Assembly: GCA_963788135.1 (NCBI GenBank)
Contig: CAWBFT010000049.1
Coordinates: 318,546-382,545, forward strand
Direction of reading: 5' to 3'
Source of the DNA: an uncultured Gammaproteobacteria bacterium
GTDB taxonomy: Bacteria; Pseudomonadota; Gammaproteobacteria; Methylococcales; Methylomonadaceae
DNA length: 64,000 nt
Shown: positions 50,646 through 61,820 of the stretch, one piece after another
How the letters are laid out: the number at the start of each line of letters is the position of its first letter
Position numbering within the stretch: position 1 is the first letter of the stretch
Made by a program: the position numbers and the translations under genes
Notes under the pieces: generated by a model
The model's database searches: none
What the model was told of the DNA's origin: nothing
The model's input: only the letters and a program-made list of their open reading frames with translations

Positions 50646-50865
50646 AAACGGTGTAGCGTAAGCGAAAAGTTAGATTACGTTTACAGCTACCAGATTTACC
50701 TGTTTCTTTCAGTCTTTTGATATAAATCAATTGTTCATACGTTTAGTTGGTTATCTTTGTTCAAATAGAAGTTACATAAAAGGTTATCCCTGTGCAAATC
50801 CAGTTTTAAAGGAAAATATCACGGAGTGCAGATGTAACAGTTACTTTAATTATGAGAAGTTGAAT

Positions 50866-52242
50866 ATGATTTCATTAAAACTAAAAAAATCGTTTTCTTA
50901 TGGCTTGGCATTGCTGCTGGGTTGTTTTTTTAATTTATCTATAGCGGGTGAAACGACTATTGAAAGCGTCAGTTATAATGGTGTACAAGGAAATGCAAAT
51001 AGTGATCAACCAAGTATAAGCGCCGATGGTCGCTTTGTGGCATTTAATTCCGCATCTTCTAATTTAGTAACACAAGATAACAACAATAGCTATGATTCTT
51101 TTATTCATGACAGATTAACAAAACAAACTACACGAGTAAGTATTAATAGTCATGGGGTAGAAGGAAATTTTGGAGGTTTAAATACAGTCATTAGTGGTGA
51201 TGGTCGCTTTGTTGCATTTGAATCTTTTTCAACCAACTTAGTTGACGGTGATACCAATAATAATTATGACATTTTCTTACACGACCGTGTAAAAAACTAC
51301 CACACGGGTTAGTGTCGATAGTAACGGTGTAGAGGCAAATTCTTCTACGTTCGGAGGTATAAGCATAAGTGAGGATGGTTGTTTTGTAGTATTTCAATCT
51401 GATGCGACCAATTTAGTTAAGGGCGGAACAAAACAATTTCCAAACGTTTTTGTTCACGATACACTTACTAAACAAACACAGCTGGTCAATATTAATAAAA
51501 ATGGAAATGAGGGAAATGTCGGTAGCCAGCTAAATGGAACTCATAGCATAAGCGCCGAGGGGCGTTACATAACATTCACATCATGGGCTAGCGATTTGGT
51601 TGATGATAATAATGGAGCTTCTGATGTTTTCGTGTTTGACCGATTGAGCAAAAAAACAACGAGGGTTAGTGTCAATAGCAACGGAATTGAAGGAAACAGC
51701 TGGAGTTTGTCCCGATGTATAAGCTCTGATGGTCGCGTTATATTGCTTTTAATTCCCAGGCTTCTAATCTAGTTTCAAATGATAATAACAATATAGATGA
51801 TGTTTTCATCCATGATCGAATATCTAAGCAAACTTCTCGGGTAAGTATTGGAAGTAAAGGCCAAGAGGGAAATTGGTCTAGTGGCTTATCTATTAGTATT
51901 AGTGCAAACGGACGTTATGTAATTTTCAGTTCACTTGCGAACAATTTAGTCACTGGAGATACTAATTCAACATACGATGTATTTAGTCACGATCGGTTAA
52001 CTAAACAAACAACACGAATGAGTGTTGCCAACAATGGCGCGGAAGGTAATGGAGCCAGCCTTTATTCAGATCTCAGTGCCGATGGACGGTTTGTTGCTTT
52101 TGTGTCCAATTCCGATAATCTTGTTTCTAAGGATATTAATTATTCTGATGATATCTTTATCCGCGACCGTCTCCTAGATAAAAAACATCACTCCGATCTA
52201 AAAAATCAACGTAGTACAACAACCCTGGGGTTTAGCCAGTAA
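50866..52242 (+). pseudogene. Secreted PD40 / TolB-like beta-propeller repeat protein, with at least two frameshifts
   Basis: Signal peptide MISLKLKKSFSYGLALLLGCFFNLSIAGE. About eight repeats of S.DGRFVAF.S.ASNLV..D.N...D.F.HDRLTKQTTRVS. Reading frame changes at the A6 run near 51288-51293 and near 51730. Confidence 0.6.
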
Positions 52243-52602
52243 AGGCTACGGCGCATTTAATTTTAAGATTACCAACAATGGCCCCGATCCCGTCAATAAC
52301 GTGTCTGTCACCCATCAGGTTTCAAACGGACCAAAATTGCTTGGCATTCTGGCGAGCCAAGGGGTTTGTAACCGCTACGCTACGATCAGCTTATGCCAGC
52401 TCGGGAAACTCCTGCCCGGCAACAGCCTGTCTCTATTCAGTATCGCCAAATCGGATGACCGCGATCCACTATACAGCGTGTTATTGTAAGCGCGACGCCA
52501 GTTGTTGAGGCGACTCCGACTAATAACCGAGCTTACGTCTCGACTAAAGTTACGCCTTAATTTCCGATTTGGAATCACTCAATTCCGGTAAATAACTAAA
52601 AT

Positions 52603-53583
52603 AAACCCGTGGTGCATTTAGGGGATAAAAAATAAGTTGCTCATTTTCACTGGGTGAATATCATTAAATTTTCGCCAAAAAACAAATGATATGAGCAACT
52701 TATGTGTAAGTTATAACAAAATATTGGGGTTATTGCACGAACTGGAACCCGCAGACAATTTCCTCAAACAAGTCCGTACACCTAAGCTATCGGACAAACA
52801 ACTGATTGCGCTGTCGTTGTCGGCAGAAAGCCTCGGCATTGACTCGGAACGTTACCTGTTCAAACAATTGCCGGCCAACCTGGCAAGCCAAATTGAACGT
52901 TCCGTGTTCAACCGGAGGCGGCGAGGCCTGAAATTCATGGTTGAACATTTCCGCCAACGGATGGTCACTGTGCTGGTGCCGTCTGAGGGTTATTTTTTTT
53001 TGTTGACAGCATGCCCCTGGAAGTTTGTAAAACCGCCCGTGCCAAGCGCTCCCGTATTTGCCAAGATGTCGATGGGGCGGCGCCCAGCTACGGCTATTGT
53101 GCCGCGCACAACGCGCATTACTTCGGTTATAAATTCCATGCGGTTTGCACACCCCAAGGGGTTGTCAAAACCTTCGATATCTCAACCGCAGCCACTCATG
53201 ACATCCATTACCTCAACGATCTGAAAACCCAGCTCCAGCACTGCGTTTTGGTCGGGGATAACGGTTACCTGAGCCGCCAATATCAACAGGACTTGTTCGA
53301 AACTGCCGCCATCCGGCTGGAAACCCCGAAACGCCGTAACCAAACCGACTTTGTGCCGTTCAGCCCCGTGTTAAGGAAAGCCAGAAAACGCATCGAGACC
53401 TTGTTTTCCCAGCTTTGTGACCAGTTCATGATCCGACGTAATTACGCCGAATTCTTTACAGGCTTGTCCACCCGTATCCTCTCTAAAATGACCGCATTAA
53501 CCCTCATTCAATGGCTAAACCATCGCAATGGAAACAATTTGAACAACTTGAAAATCGTTATTTCCTAAATGCACCACGGGTTT
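52603..53583 (+). mobile_element. IS982-family insertion sequence (981 bp) with 20-bp perfect terminal inverted repeats
   Basis: AAACCCGTGGTGCATTTAGG at 52603-52622, and its reverse complement CCTAAATGCACCACGGGTTT at 53564-53583. Confidence 0.8.
52691..53568 (+). pseudogene. IS982-family transposase split by a frameshift in a T9 homopolymer (52993-53001)
   Basis: The ORF-track ORFs 52691..53224 and 53011..53568 join as ...SEGYFFF-VDSMPLEVCKTARAKR...YCAAHNAHYFGYKFHAVCTPQGV...LVGDNGYLS only if the tract were T10. Confidence 0.7.
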
Positions 53584-54401
53584 AATTAAAGTATAGTTTT
53601 TAGTTCGCCGTTCCATTTGGAAGTCAAAAGCAAGGCGGAATATTCAAGCATGTCCTTGCTTTTGCAATAGCACTTCGATTTTTAGCGTAGCCTAGCCAAA
53701 AAATGTATGAACAAGCTGTTATATCCTCGACCGTATAGGTTTCCGCATTTGATTGTGTATGCGGTGCTTACGGAACGAATTTTTTATAAAGACTCCAGTA
53801 ACCGTTCATTACATCGGTTATATTATTGATTGAGCCATGGTTTTCGGTCGGTGTCGGGGAGTCCTCTTCGCAGTTGAGAAATCCTTCATCATGTCCAATA
53901 GTTCTTTTGGAGCCTATATGAGTATGTATTCCATCCATATCGACTACATGCACCGGCATCGGAACGAATGGCTGCATTTCAAGAATCGTCCAATTGAACG
54001 AAAACCGAGCCCCTCAAGGTAAAGCTGGGGTTGGTTGCGGAGCTTATTCTTATTCCCCGGCACCTACAAGATTTACATTTATAGCGCTGTTTTTAATTGA
54101 CTAAACAGTTTTTGACCTAGTCAGGTTTCGCATTTCGAACAACTCTATAGCTACGTTCACTCAAGCTAAATATGAGCGGGTGTCGCGAGAAATATATTTA
54201 TTTAACAATGCCGAAAAAAAAGAATTGAGAGTATCACCGGCTAATTACTTCCATGGCAATCTCCTTGAGATTAGCGTTTTGAACGCTTTTTGAAAAAATA
54301 TGAAGTGGAGAAGTTTGTGACAATTTAAAAAACTATAAGAAGGGATAAGTATTAAATGAGAGCAGCTTAAAATTTTAAACTGCTCTAAACAAATAGTCTT
54401 A

Positions 54402-55019
54402 TTATGCTTTTTTTCTAGTACTTACTAAGCCCAGCAGTGCTGAACCGAATAACCAAAAAGCAGCTGGCACTGGTACCGAAGAGACAGGAGCTGTTCCTGT
54501 ATCAGCAGTCATGATGAATGTAGTGGCATCAAACCCTGTTTGACCCAAAAGATTACCTGCAAAACCAACGCCTTGATAAGCAGTGCCATAATCCGCATCG
54601 CCTAAATGGTTGTTTTGATCACCATATTGATCAGCATAATGCAAACCATCAATAATGAGTTCCACATTACGCCAATGAGAGGTATCACGACCGGATAAAT
54701 AGTCAAAATGAACGAAGTAACTAGTATTTTCAACGCCGAATGAAACCGCTGATGTAGTTGAATCTGCAATATGCGGGGGAGCATCGTTTCTCAGATCAAA
54801 TTTCAGAACAGCGTTTTTTGCACCGGTGACAAGATTAGTAATATCGAAAGAAAAATCCAGCCAAGTTGATGGAGTTGTATCGTTTGTAGCTTCGCCAACC
54901 TTTGTATAAACAGGAGCAGCAATACCACTGGTACTATTAGCTAACAATACAGATAAGAAAAAACAACTAAAAACAAAACGTATTTTATTACACATATAAA
55001 TTCCACAAATATTGATCAT
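54402..55019 (-). CDS. PEP-CTERM sorting-domain secreted protein (putative exosortase substrate)
   Basis: Signal peptide. C-terminal VPVPAAFWLFGSALLGLVSTRKKA: VPxP motif, TM helix and basic tail. The alternative start at 54995 (MCNKIRF...) is more plausible. Confidence 0.75.
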   Translation of the reverse strand: MINICGIYMCNKIRFVFSCFFLSVLLANSTSGIAAPVYTKVGEATNDTTPSTWLDFSFDITNLVTGAKNAVLKFDLRNDAPPHIADSTTSAVSFGVENTSYFVHFDYLSGRDTSHWRNVELIIDGLHYADQYGDQNNHLGDADYGTAYQGVGFAGNLLGQTGFDATTFIMTADTGTAPVSSVPVPAAFWLFGSALLGLVSTRKKA

Positions 55020-55463
55020 AGAACATAAATTATCATTCCCAACTTAAATTAATATTAACCAAACGAAGGCAAATCAAAAAAATTTAATAAAAATCAGGTC
55101 GTGAGCATAAGCTTACATAGTATTGTAGTTTTTTGGGTAAATTTTGCATATAGGTAATATTACCTACTGGATATTTGTAGGTTCGTAATGACAACATAAT
55201 AGCAAGTTCGTCGCCCATATTTATGAAATAAACCGTTATCTAGTATGGTCGATGTACTATTGAACTTAGCCGATACAAGTAAACACTTATATTTAGATGC
55301 TTACAAGTCTTGTTCTTTTTCAACCAAATGCCCCTTTAACTATAGAAAAAACTTACTTTTTCATTCGGCTGTACACCTTATAACATTTGATTTTTAACCA
55401 TCATGTTATGAGATAATTAAATGAAAATTAAATAGCCATTCGGTAAATAAATCAGGAACACAT

Positions 55464-56093
55464 ATGTTTTCATTACAAACCATCTTCGGCAAAGGCGATA
55501 AATTTTACGGCTTGCTTGAAGCCAGTGCTGAATCTGCGAGTTCGTCTTCCAGGGCGTTGATTGAACTTTTAGGCACTCCAGCCCCGCAGAGATCATTAGA
55601 AAAATTTAAACAAGCGCGCCGCCGCGAAAAAGATTTGTTCGCGCAAATCAGCGAGGAACTGGTTAATACTTTTGTTACTGTACTTGAACGCGAAGATATT
55701 GAGGCGTTGAGTAGCGCGCTTTATAAAATCCCCAAGGTCGTAGAAAAATTTGCGGAGCGGCATACCCTTGCCTTATCACGTATAAGTGATGTAGATTTTG
55801 CTCCGCGTGCCGCCATGCTGGAGCAAGCCTGTGAAGTTTTGGAACAAATGGTCGGATTGTTAAGAAAAGGTATGGATTTGGAACAAACCAAAAAGTTAAA
55901 CGACCAATTGCAGGATATTGAAGGTGAAGCCGATCGCCAAATACTTGAATTATATCGTGATGCATACACCTCTGAGTCAGATCCGATTCGTTATCTGGTA
56001 AAAAAGGATTTGTTTGAAATCCTTGAGAAAGCGATCGACCGTTGCCGGGATGCCGGTAATGTTATCTACCACATCGTCTTAAAAAACTCATAA
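55464..56093 (+). CDS. DUF47 / TIGR00153 family phosphate-transport regulator-like protein (PiT accessory)
   Basis: 209 aa immediately upstream of the PiT gene, the canonical pairing. PhoU-like helical repeats. Confidence 0.8.
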   Translation: MFSLQTIFGKGDKFYGLLEASAESASSSSRALIELLGTPAPQRSLEKFKQARRREKDLFAQISEELVNTFVTVLEREDIEALSSALYKIPKVVEKFAERHTLALSRISDVDFAPRAAMLEQACEVLEQMVGLLRKGMDLEQTKKLNDQLQDIEGEADRQILELYRDAYTSESDPIRYLVKKDLFEILEKAIDRCRDAGNVIYHIVLKNS

Positions 56094-56102
56094 AGGGCTC
56101 TC

Positions 56103-57218
56103 ATGTTGACTATGCTTTTGCTTGTCATACTGGCAGCGCTTGTATTTGAATTCATCAATGGTTTTCACGATACCGCAAATTCAATCGCTACCGTGGTTGC
56201 CACCAAAGTGTTAACCCCTACACAAGCGGTAATTCTTGCTGCTACCACTAATCTGGTTGGGGCTTTTTCGGGCACGGCTGTGGCTAAAACGATTGCTTCA
56301 GGGTTGGTCGATACAAATATTGTAACCGTTACCTCTGAAGTTTTGATTTGTGCGCTCATCGGCGCGATCATCTGGAACCTTATCACTTGGGCGCTCGGCT
56401 TGCCTTCTTCATCCAGTCACGCCTTGATTGGTGGCTTATGTGGGGCAGCTTTAGCTGCCGGAAACAATAATTTCGATGTATTAATCTGGTCGAAAACCGC
56501 CACAGTCTGGACTGAAAACAAAGGCTTACTTTGGAAAGTGGTGATTCCTATGGTCAGTTCCCCAGTGGCAGGTTTTACTTTGGGGATCTTCATTATGGGC
56601 ACATTGATGGCGATCGTTAGCGGAATGAATTCTGCGGGTGGCACATTAGCTCGGATATCCCGCCCTAAGTGGATAAATGTCTTTTTTGGCAAGGCGCAAC
56701 TTTTGTCCGCCGGTTATATGGGATTTGCCCATGGCAGCAATGATGCGCAGAAAACCATGGGCATAATTGCCTTAGCGATATTTTCAGCAAACGGTACCGG
56801 AGCCTTGGATAACCTACCCGCGTGGGCGGAATTTTTAAAACCGGATGGCGGTGAAAAAGATATCGATCGCTGGGTTATATTTACGTGCGCCTTGGTGATG
56901 GCGATGGGAACAGCCGTAGGTGGATGGCGGATTATCAAGACGCTGGGTCACAAAATGGTAAAATTACATCCAATCAACGGTTTTGCGGCTGAAACCAGTT
57001 CAGCGACCATTTTGCTGACAGCAGCGCATTTCGGTATGCCGGTTTCTACAACTCACAGTATTTCAACGGCCATAATGGGTGTAGGTTTTGCGAAAAATCC
57101 TCATGCACTCAAGTTAACCATTATCGAGCGTATTGTGTGGGCTTGGGTTTTAACCATTCCGGCAGCTGGGGGATTGTCTTGGGCAATGGTTAAATTAATG
57201 TATATGTTTCATGGATAG
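56103..57218 (+). CDS. pit: Inorganic phosphate transporter, PiT family
   Basis: N-terminus FEFINGFHDTANSIATVV and the C-terminal repeat GSNDAQKTMG. Confidence 0.9.
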   Translation: MLTMLLLVILAALVFEFINGFHDTANSIATVVATKVLTPTQAVILAATTNLVGAFSGTAVAKTIASGLVDTNIVTVTSEVLICALIGAIIWNLITWALGLPSSSSHALIGGLCGAALAAGNNNFDVLIWSKTATVWTENKGLLWKVVIPMVSSPVAGFTLGIFIMGTLMAIVSGMNSAGGTLARISRPKWINVFFGKAQLLSAGYMGFAHGSNDAQKTMGIIALAIFSANGTGALDNLPAWAEFLKPDGGEKDIDRWVIFTCALVMAMGTAVGGWRIIKTLGHKMVKLHPINGFAAETSSATILLTAAHFGMPVSTTHSISTAIMGVGFAKNPHALKLTIIERIVWAWVLTIPAAGGLSWAMVKLMYMFHG

Positions 57219-57385
57219 CTATTAATTTTTTTCCTAAAATCGATTATCAAAAACAGCTAATGTCAAAAACTAACATCTGGCATTATTCACAGGAATTACG
57301 GTCATTAATAGCTTAATTTAAATTCTCAAGAGCCATTAAACAATAAAAACCAGCTAATTTCTAAGATAAAAAAACACTATACACG

Positions 57386-57844
57386 TTATTCCAACGATAG
57401 GATAAATTCCCACTGCCGTTCATTTACGGGCATTATTGATAATCGATTTCCCCGTTTTACCAAAGCAAGGTCGGCAAGTTCAGTATGTTGCTTAAGCTCA
57501 GATAAAGTAATTGTCCTTGCCAGTTTGCTTATGAATTTTACATCCACCATCATCCAAGTCGGTCTGTTTGGATCGCTTTTAGGGTCGTAGTGCTTATCAT
57601 CAGGATCAAACGCCGAAAAATCCGGGTAGCTCTCTTTGGCGATTTCCATAATTCCGACAATGCCAGGCACTTTGCAGTTGGAATGGTAAAAAAACACTTG
57701 GTCGTGTAGTTTCATTTCGTCTCTCATGAAATTACGCGCCTGATAGTTGCGAACACCATCCCAATGTTCACTTTGGTGAGGTCGTTTTTTTAAATCGTCG
57801 ATGCTGAAGGTGTCGGGTTCCGATTTCATTAACCAATAATTCAT
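57386..57844 (-). CDS. EVE (PUA-like) domain protein
   Basis: 152 aa. MNYWLMKSEPDTFSIDDL is the typical EVE N-terminus. Confidence 0.8.
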   Translation of the reverse strand: MNYWLMKSEPDTFSIDDLKKRPHQSEHWDGVRNYQARNFMRDEMKLHDQVFFYHSNCKVPGIVGIMEIAKESYPDFSAFDPDDKHYDPKSDPNRPTWMMVDVKFISKLARTITLSELKQHTELADLALVKRGNRLSIMPVNERQWEFILSLE

Positions 57845-57997
57845 ACGTGTTCCCTATTATTCGTGTTTTATTCTTTAGTCAGGCTTTGCGCTGCACAACT
57901 TTTGCACATAATTTCAGCTAAAAGTCCTTGTTGTCATTATAAGTTTTGCATACTAAACGAATAAATTGTCTCTTACAAACTCACTAAGGGGACTTTT

Positions 57998-58186
57998 ATG
58001 CAAAACAGTTTTTATTTTAAACTCGGGCTTATTTTCTTTCTTATCATCGCGTTACTAATCCCGCGTTCATTTCTTAATGATCTGGTTAATGAACGCATAG
58101 GCTTGCTGTCGCCAGCCTATGACAGCATTAAGCAAAGTTGGCTCGAAGAGCAAGTATTGGCTAGGCCGATTCTGGTTCTGCCTTAG
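57998..58186 (+). pseudogene. N-terminal fragment of a CreD-like inner-membrane protein
   Basis: MQNSFYFKLGLIFFLIIALLIPRSFLNDLVNERIGLL... resembles the CreD N-terminus; 62 aa then a stop. Confidence 0.35.
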
Positions 58187-58357
58187 TCAGGTAACTCATC
58201 AAATAAAAGAAAAAATTCTGGATTCTGTTAAAGTTGCTCAAAACTTAACCAACAGATCAAAAGTCCCTGATTCCGAAAAAACTATCGGTTAACAGCAAAC
58301 TGGATAGCTCGATACCCTATCGAGGGATCTGAGGGATTTCTATTTGTAGCAATAATC

Positions 58358-58564
58358 TTGGGATACAAGGCGAATACAATCTCCGTTTATGACGATGGCA
58401 ACGGTATTTCCGATGCCAATTTTACCGTCCTGCGCAGCAGCGGCGGTACCGGTTTGGGTCTGGCGATTACCACGTCTTTGCTTAGAGCATACCAAGGCAG
58501 CATAGTGCTTTTACCCTCAAATCATGGCGCTGAGTTCAAGCTAACTCTGTCTGTCGTTCTATAG
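58358..58564 (+). pseudogene. C-terminal HATPase_c fragment of a sensor histidine kinase
   Basis: G1/G2 box remnants DDGNGISD...GGTGLGLAI. 68 aa only; no HisKA or sensor domain upstream. Confidence 0.45.
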
Positions 58565-59312
58565 CCGCAAATAGTAGTCTCAGCTTTTACGTTGTATAAG
58601 TGATTGATTCCAAGCTAATACATTGTAAGTTTGCACTATTAACCAAAGATTGCCGAGCTATATTGCTCTCTTCGTTTGATGGCTAAGAATTTTGTTGAAT
58701 TTTCAGTGTTAGAGGCTAGTTAGCTTTTTATTATGGGAAAGAGGTTTTGTCATGAAACTGTCATCAAGTTGTCATCAATAATTAACCTTAGCTTGTTACT
58801 TTGGATCTCAGAAAAACAGAATGAGGTTTTGCAATGAACAATATTTTTTCTAAATACATTAATTTAAAATTAAACAGTCTGACCGGAACATTAGTTTATT
58901 TGGCAATGACCAGCTTAATCGTGAGTTGGTGCATTGAATTTTTTGCCAGGGAGTTTTTTCGGTTAAGTTAAAAGATACGCTATCAAAATGCGTCGATTTT
59001 AATTCCTTTAACTTGAGGGTGTTTTGTGATAAATAAAAATATTTTTTTCAGGATGATTTTACCGATGTAGAGCAAGAGCTTTGTTATAAGTTAACCGCGT
59101 TATCTTCTCTTCTTTTGGTAACATTGCCGACGATGATATTGTTTATTATTGCCTATTACTTGAAACTTTAATCCTGTCACACAACAGCTTTGATTACCAA
59201 AAACCATAGTCTTTTTTCTATTATTGAAGGTTAACTCAGGTTCAGTTTTTAATTTCGTACAGCTATAGCGCTATAATTTAGTTCTTAAATAGCTTTTCGG
59301 AGTAGGTTCACC

Positions 59313-59792
59313 TTGAAAATCGACAAAAGCGCAGACTTGATTTTGCATTGGAGTGTTGTTGGGTTAATGCTGACAACACTAGTGATTTTCCTATTTGTCA
59401 GTCATAAATTTGGTCACGAGCTAGCGCCCCCATTGCCTGAGCATGATCGCATGATTATAAGGTCAGTTTTTTACGTGATTGCAATCATCTTTTTTCCTTT
59501 GACCAATCTCGTGCGTCACATCCATCTTAGATTAAATCAAACAATGCCCGGTGATGGAAATGCTCGCAGCCGATATTTGTTAACAGTGATAGTTTCTATG
59601 CTTTTCGTCGAAACTATCGGGGTGTTGGGTTTTGTAATATTTATGCTTGGGGATGATTTCAACACCCTTTACATTTTTATTGGACTTTCGTGTTTGGGGA
59701 CTTTTCTGTATCGGCCCAAGCTAGTCGAATACGAGAGTATTGTCGACTCCCTGTCGATAAACAGGGAACCATTTGAAAAATTCCCGCATTAA
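59313..59792 (+). CDS. Hypothetical small membrane protein (4 predicted TM helices), TTG start
   Basis: 159-aa ORF with hydrophobic segments. No recognisable family. Confidence 0.4.
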   Translation: MKIDKSADLILHWSVVGLMLTTLVIFLFVSHKFGHELAPPLPEHDRMIIRSVFYVIAIIFFPLTNLVRHIHLRLNQTMPGDGNARSRYLLTVIVSMLFVETIGVLGFVIFMLGDDFNTLYIFIGLSCLGTFLYRPKLVEYESIVDSLSINREPFEKFPH

Positions 59793-60601
59793 GTGGGATC
59801 GGCCACTTTGATTTTTTTGCGTCGGTAATTGTGTCCGTAAAATATTTCGGTTACCTCGCGTCTCAGTTTTTTTTCAATCTCGAGTTTTTGTTGATCGGTT
59901 AAGTTGCTTTCTTTCTCGAACAAATAATTCTCAAGTTCGGTCTCCTTAAGCATCATCTTGGTGTGAAAGATATTTTCCTGATACACATTCACATCGATCA
60001 TTTGGTAATCTTCTTGAGTATCTTTGGCGATATAGTTTTGAATAGACGTGATATTGTGGTCAATATAGTGCTTTTTGCCAGTGATATCGCGGGTGAAGCC
60101 ACGAACACGATAATCCATGGTCACTACATCAGACTCAAAGCTGTGAATCAAATAATTCAGCGCTTTTAATGGCGAAATCCGACCACAGGTCGACACATCA
60201 ATGTCGGCTCTAAACGTGCTAATACCATTGTCCGGATGGCTTTCTGGATAGGTGTGGACGGTAATGTGGCTCTTATCCAAATGCGCCAGTACTGTTTCCG
60301 GTAGTGGGCCTGGAGTCTGGCTGTTCATGCCTGCGGGCGGCATGACATCGCCTTCAGAGATCAGCATGGTGACGCTGGCGCCCTGTGGATCGTAATCCTG
60401 GTGGGCAATATTCAATATCTGTGCGCCGATGATGTCGGCAACATCTTTTAATATTTGGGTTAACCTGTCCGCATTATAAGCTTCATCGATATATTCAATG
60501 TAGGCCTGTTGTAACTCGGCGGGAGCGTAGCAAATGTCATAAATGTTAAAACTTAACGATTTGGTTAGATTGTTAAAACCGTGTAATTGCAATTTGTTCA
60601 A
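59789..60601 (-). CDS. speD: S-adenosylmethionine decarboxylase proenzyme
   Basis: Near-colinear with E. coli SpeD ([24 protein letters not shown]..., [29 protein letters not shown]). Likely TTG start at 60601, giving MNKLQLHGF like E. coli MKKLKLHGF. Confidence 0.85.
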   Translation of the reverse strand: MNKLQLHGFNNLTKSLSFNIYDICYAPAELQQAYIEYIDEAYNADRLTQILKDVADIIGAQILNIAHQDYDPQGASVTMLISEGDVMPPAGMNSQTPGPLPETVLAHLDKSHITVHTYPESHPDNGISTFRADIDVSTCGRISPLKALNYLIHSFESDVVTMDYRVRGFTRDITGKKHYIDHNITSIQNYIAKDTQEDYQMIDVNVYQENIFHTKMMLKETELENYLFEKESNLTDQQKLEIEKKLRREVTEIFYGHNYRRKKIKVADPT

Positions 60602-60605
60602 CGCA

Positions 60606-61022
60606 TTAAACCTCGATAACTTCAAAATCGTGGGTAATTTCCACCGCTTTGCTTAACATAATGGAAGCGGAGCAGTATTTTTCCGCAGACAGTTTCACTG
60701 CTCGTTCAACAGCGGCAAGTTTTAAATTTTTACCGCTTACCTTGAAATGCAAATGTATCTTGTTAAATACGCTAGGAATCGCATCTACACGCTCGCCAGA
60801 TACTTCCGTTACGCAGCCGGTCACATTATTGCGGCCTTTTTGTAAAATCTGCACGACATCAAAGGATGAGCATGAGCCGACGGCAAGTAAAATCATTTCC
60901 ATTGGCCGCATGCCGATATTGCGTCCGCCATGATCGGGTGGGCCATCGATAACAACAGCATGCCCACTGCCGCTTTCACCGACAAACATCATGCCATCGA
61001 CCCATTTTATAGTTGCTTGCAT
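60606..61022 (-). CDS. osmC: OsmC/Ohr-family peroxiredoxin-like protein
   Basis: 138 aa. Conserved Cys pair (LAVGSCSSF ... EKYCSAS). Confidence 0.8.
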   Translation of the reverse strand: MQATIKWVDGMMFVGESGSGHAVVIDGPPDHGGRNIGMRPMEMILLAVGSCSSFDVVQILQKGRNNVTGCVTEVSGERVDAIPSVFNKIHLHFKVSGKNLKLAAVERAVKLSAEKYCSASIMLSKAVEITHDFEVIEV

Positions 61023-61149
61023 TAATCAATCCGAATTTACAACAGAAAATGCTGCATAGAGTAGCATAGAATGATTAAACCTAAGAACGTGTGAAAGTAT
61101 TTTTTTTTGCTATGCTTCATTGAGTAAACATTAACAATTTTAGTTACTG

Positions 61150-61818
61150 ATGGTGGTAGTGATGCAATTTAAACCGCAGGAAGATATCAATAAAAAAATG
61201 ATGGAATATTTGTTGCCGTTCTGTCATAAAAAAACGTATCCCTCAAAAACCGTAGTTTTTCGACCCGGCGATTTAGGGGATCGGCTGTATTATATTGTGG
61301 ATGGTTCAGTCAGTATCTGTGTAGAAGACGAAGAAAACGATCAGGAATTGGTGCTCGCTTATCTCAATCGATATGAGCTCATCGGTACTATCGGTATTTT
61401 CAAAGGTTCCGAGACCAGAAAAGTAACGGTCAGAACCCGTACTAAATGCCAATTGGCTGAAATAAGCTACGAACGTTTTCGCCAAGTAATGAAAAAGGAG
61501 CTTATAGAGCAAGCCCCCGATTTTTATCATATGATTGCGGAGCAATTGGCTGTACGTTTGTTAAAAACAAGCCGTAAATTCAGTGATCTGGCATTCATGG
61601 ATGTGGAAGGCCGTATTGCCCGTGCCTTGCTGGATCTTAGCAAAGAGCCGGACGCAATGACTCATCCAGATGGTATGCAGCTACACATTACCCGGCAGGA
61701 AATCGGCAAAATCGTTGGTTGTTCCAGGGAAATGGCAGGGCGCGTGCTAAAAGAAATGGAAGATAAAGGTTTGATCTCCGCTCACGGTAAAACCATCATC
61801 GTTTTTGGTACCCGCTAG
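61150..61818 (+). CDS. crp: cAMP receptor protein-type global regulator (Crp/Vfr orthologue)
   Basis: High similarity to E. coli CRP along its length (HKKTYPSKTVVF, YYIVDGSVS, AEISYERFRQ, DAMTHPDGMQLHITRQEIGKIVGCSRE, ISAHGKTIIVFGTR). Confidence 0.9.
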   Translation: MVVVMQFKPQEDINKKMMEYLLPFCHKKTYPSKTVVFRPGDLGDRLYYIVDGSVSICVEDEENDQELVLAYLNRYELIGTIGIFKGSETRKVTVRTRTKCQLAEISYERFRQVMKKELIEQAPDFYHMIAEQLAVRLLKTSRKFSDLAFMDVEGRIARALLDLSKEPDAMTHPDGMQLHITRQEIGKIVGCSREMAGRVLKEMEDKGLISAHGKTIIVFGTR

Positions 61819-61820
61819 CG

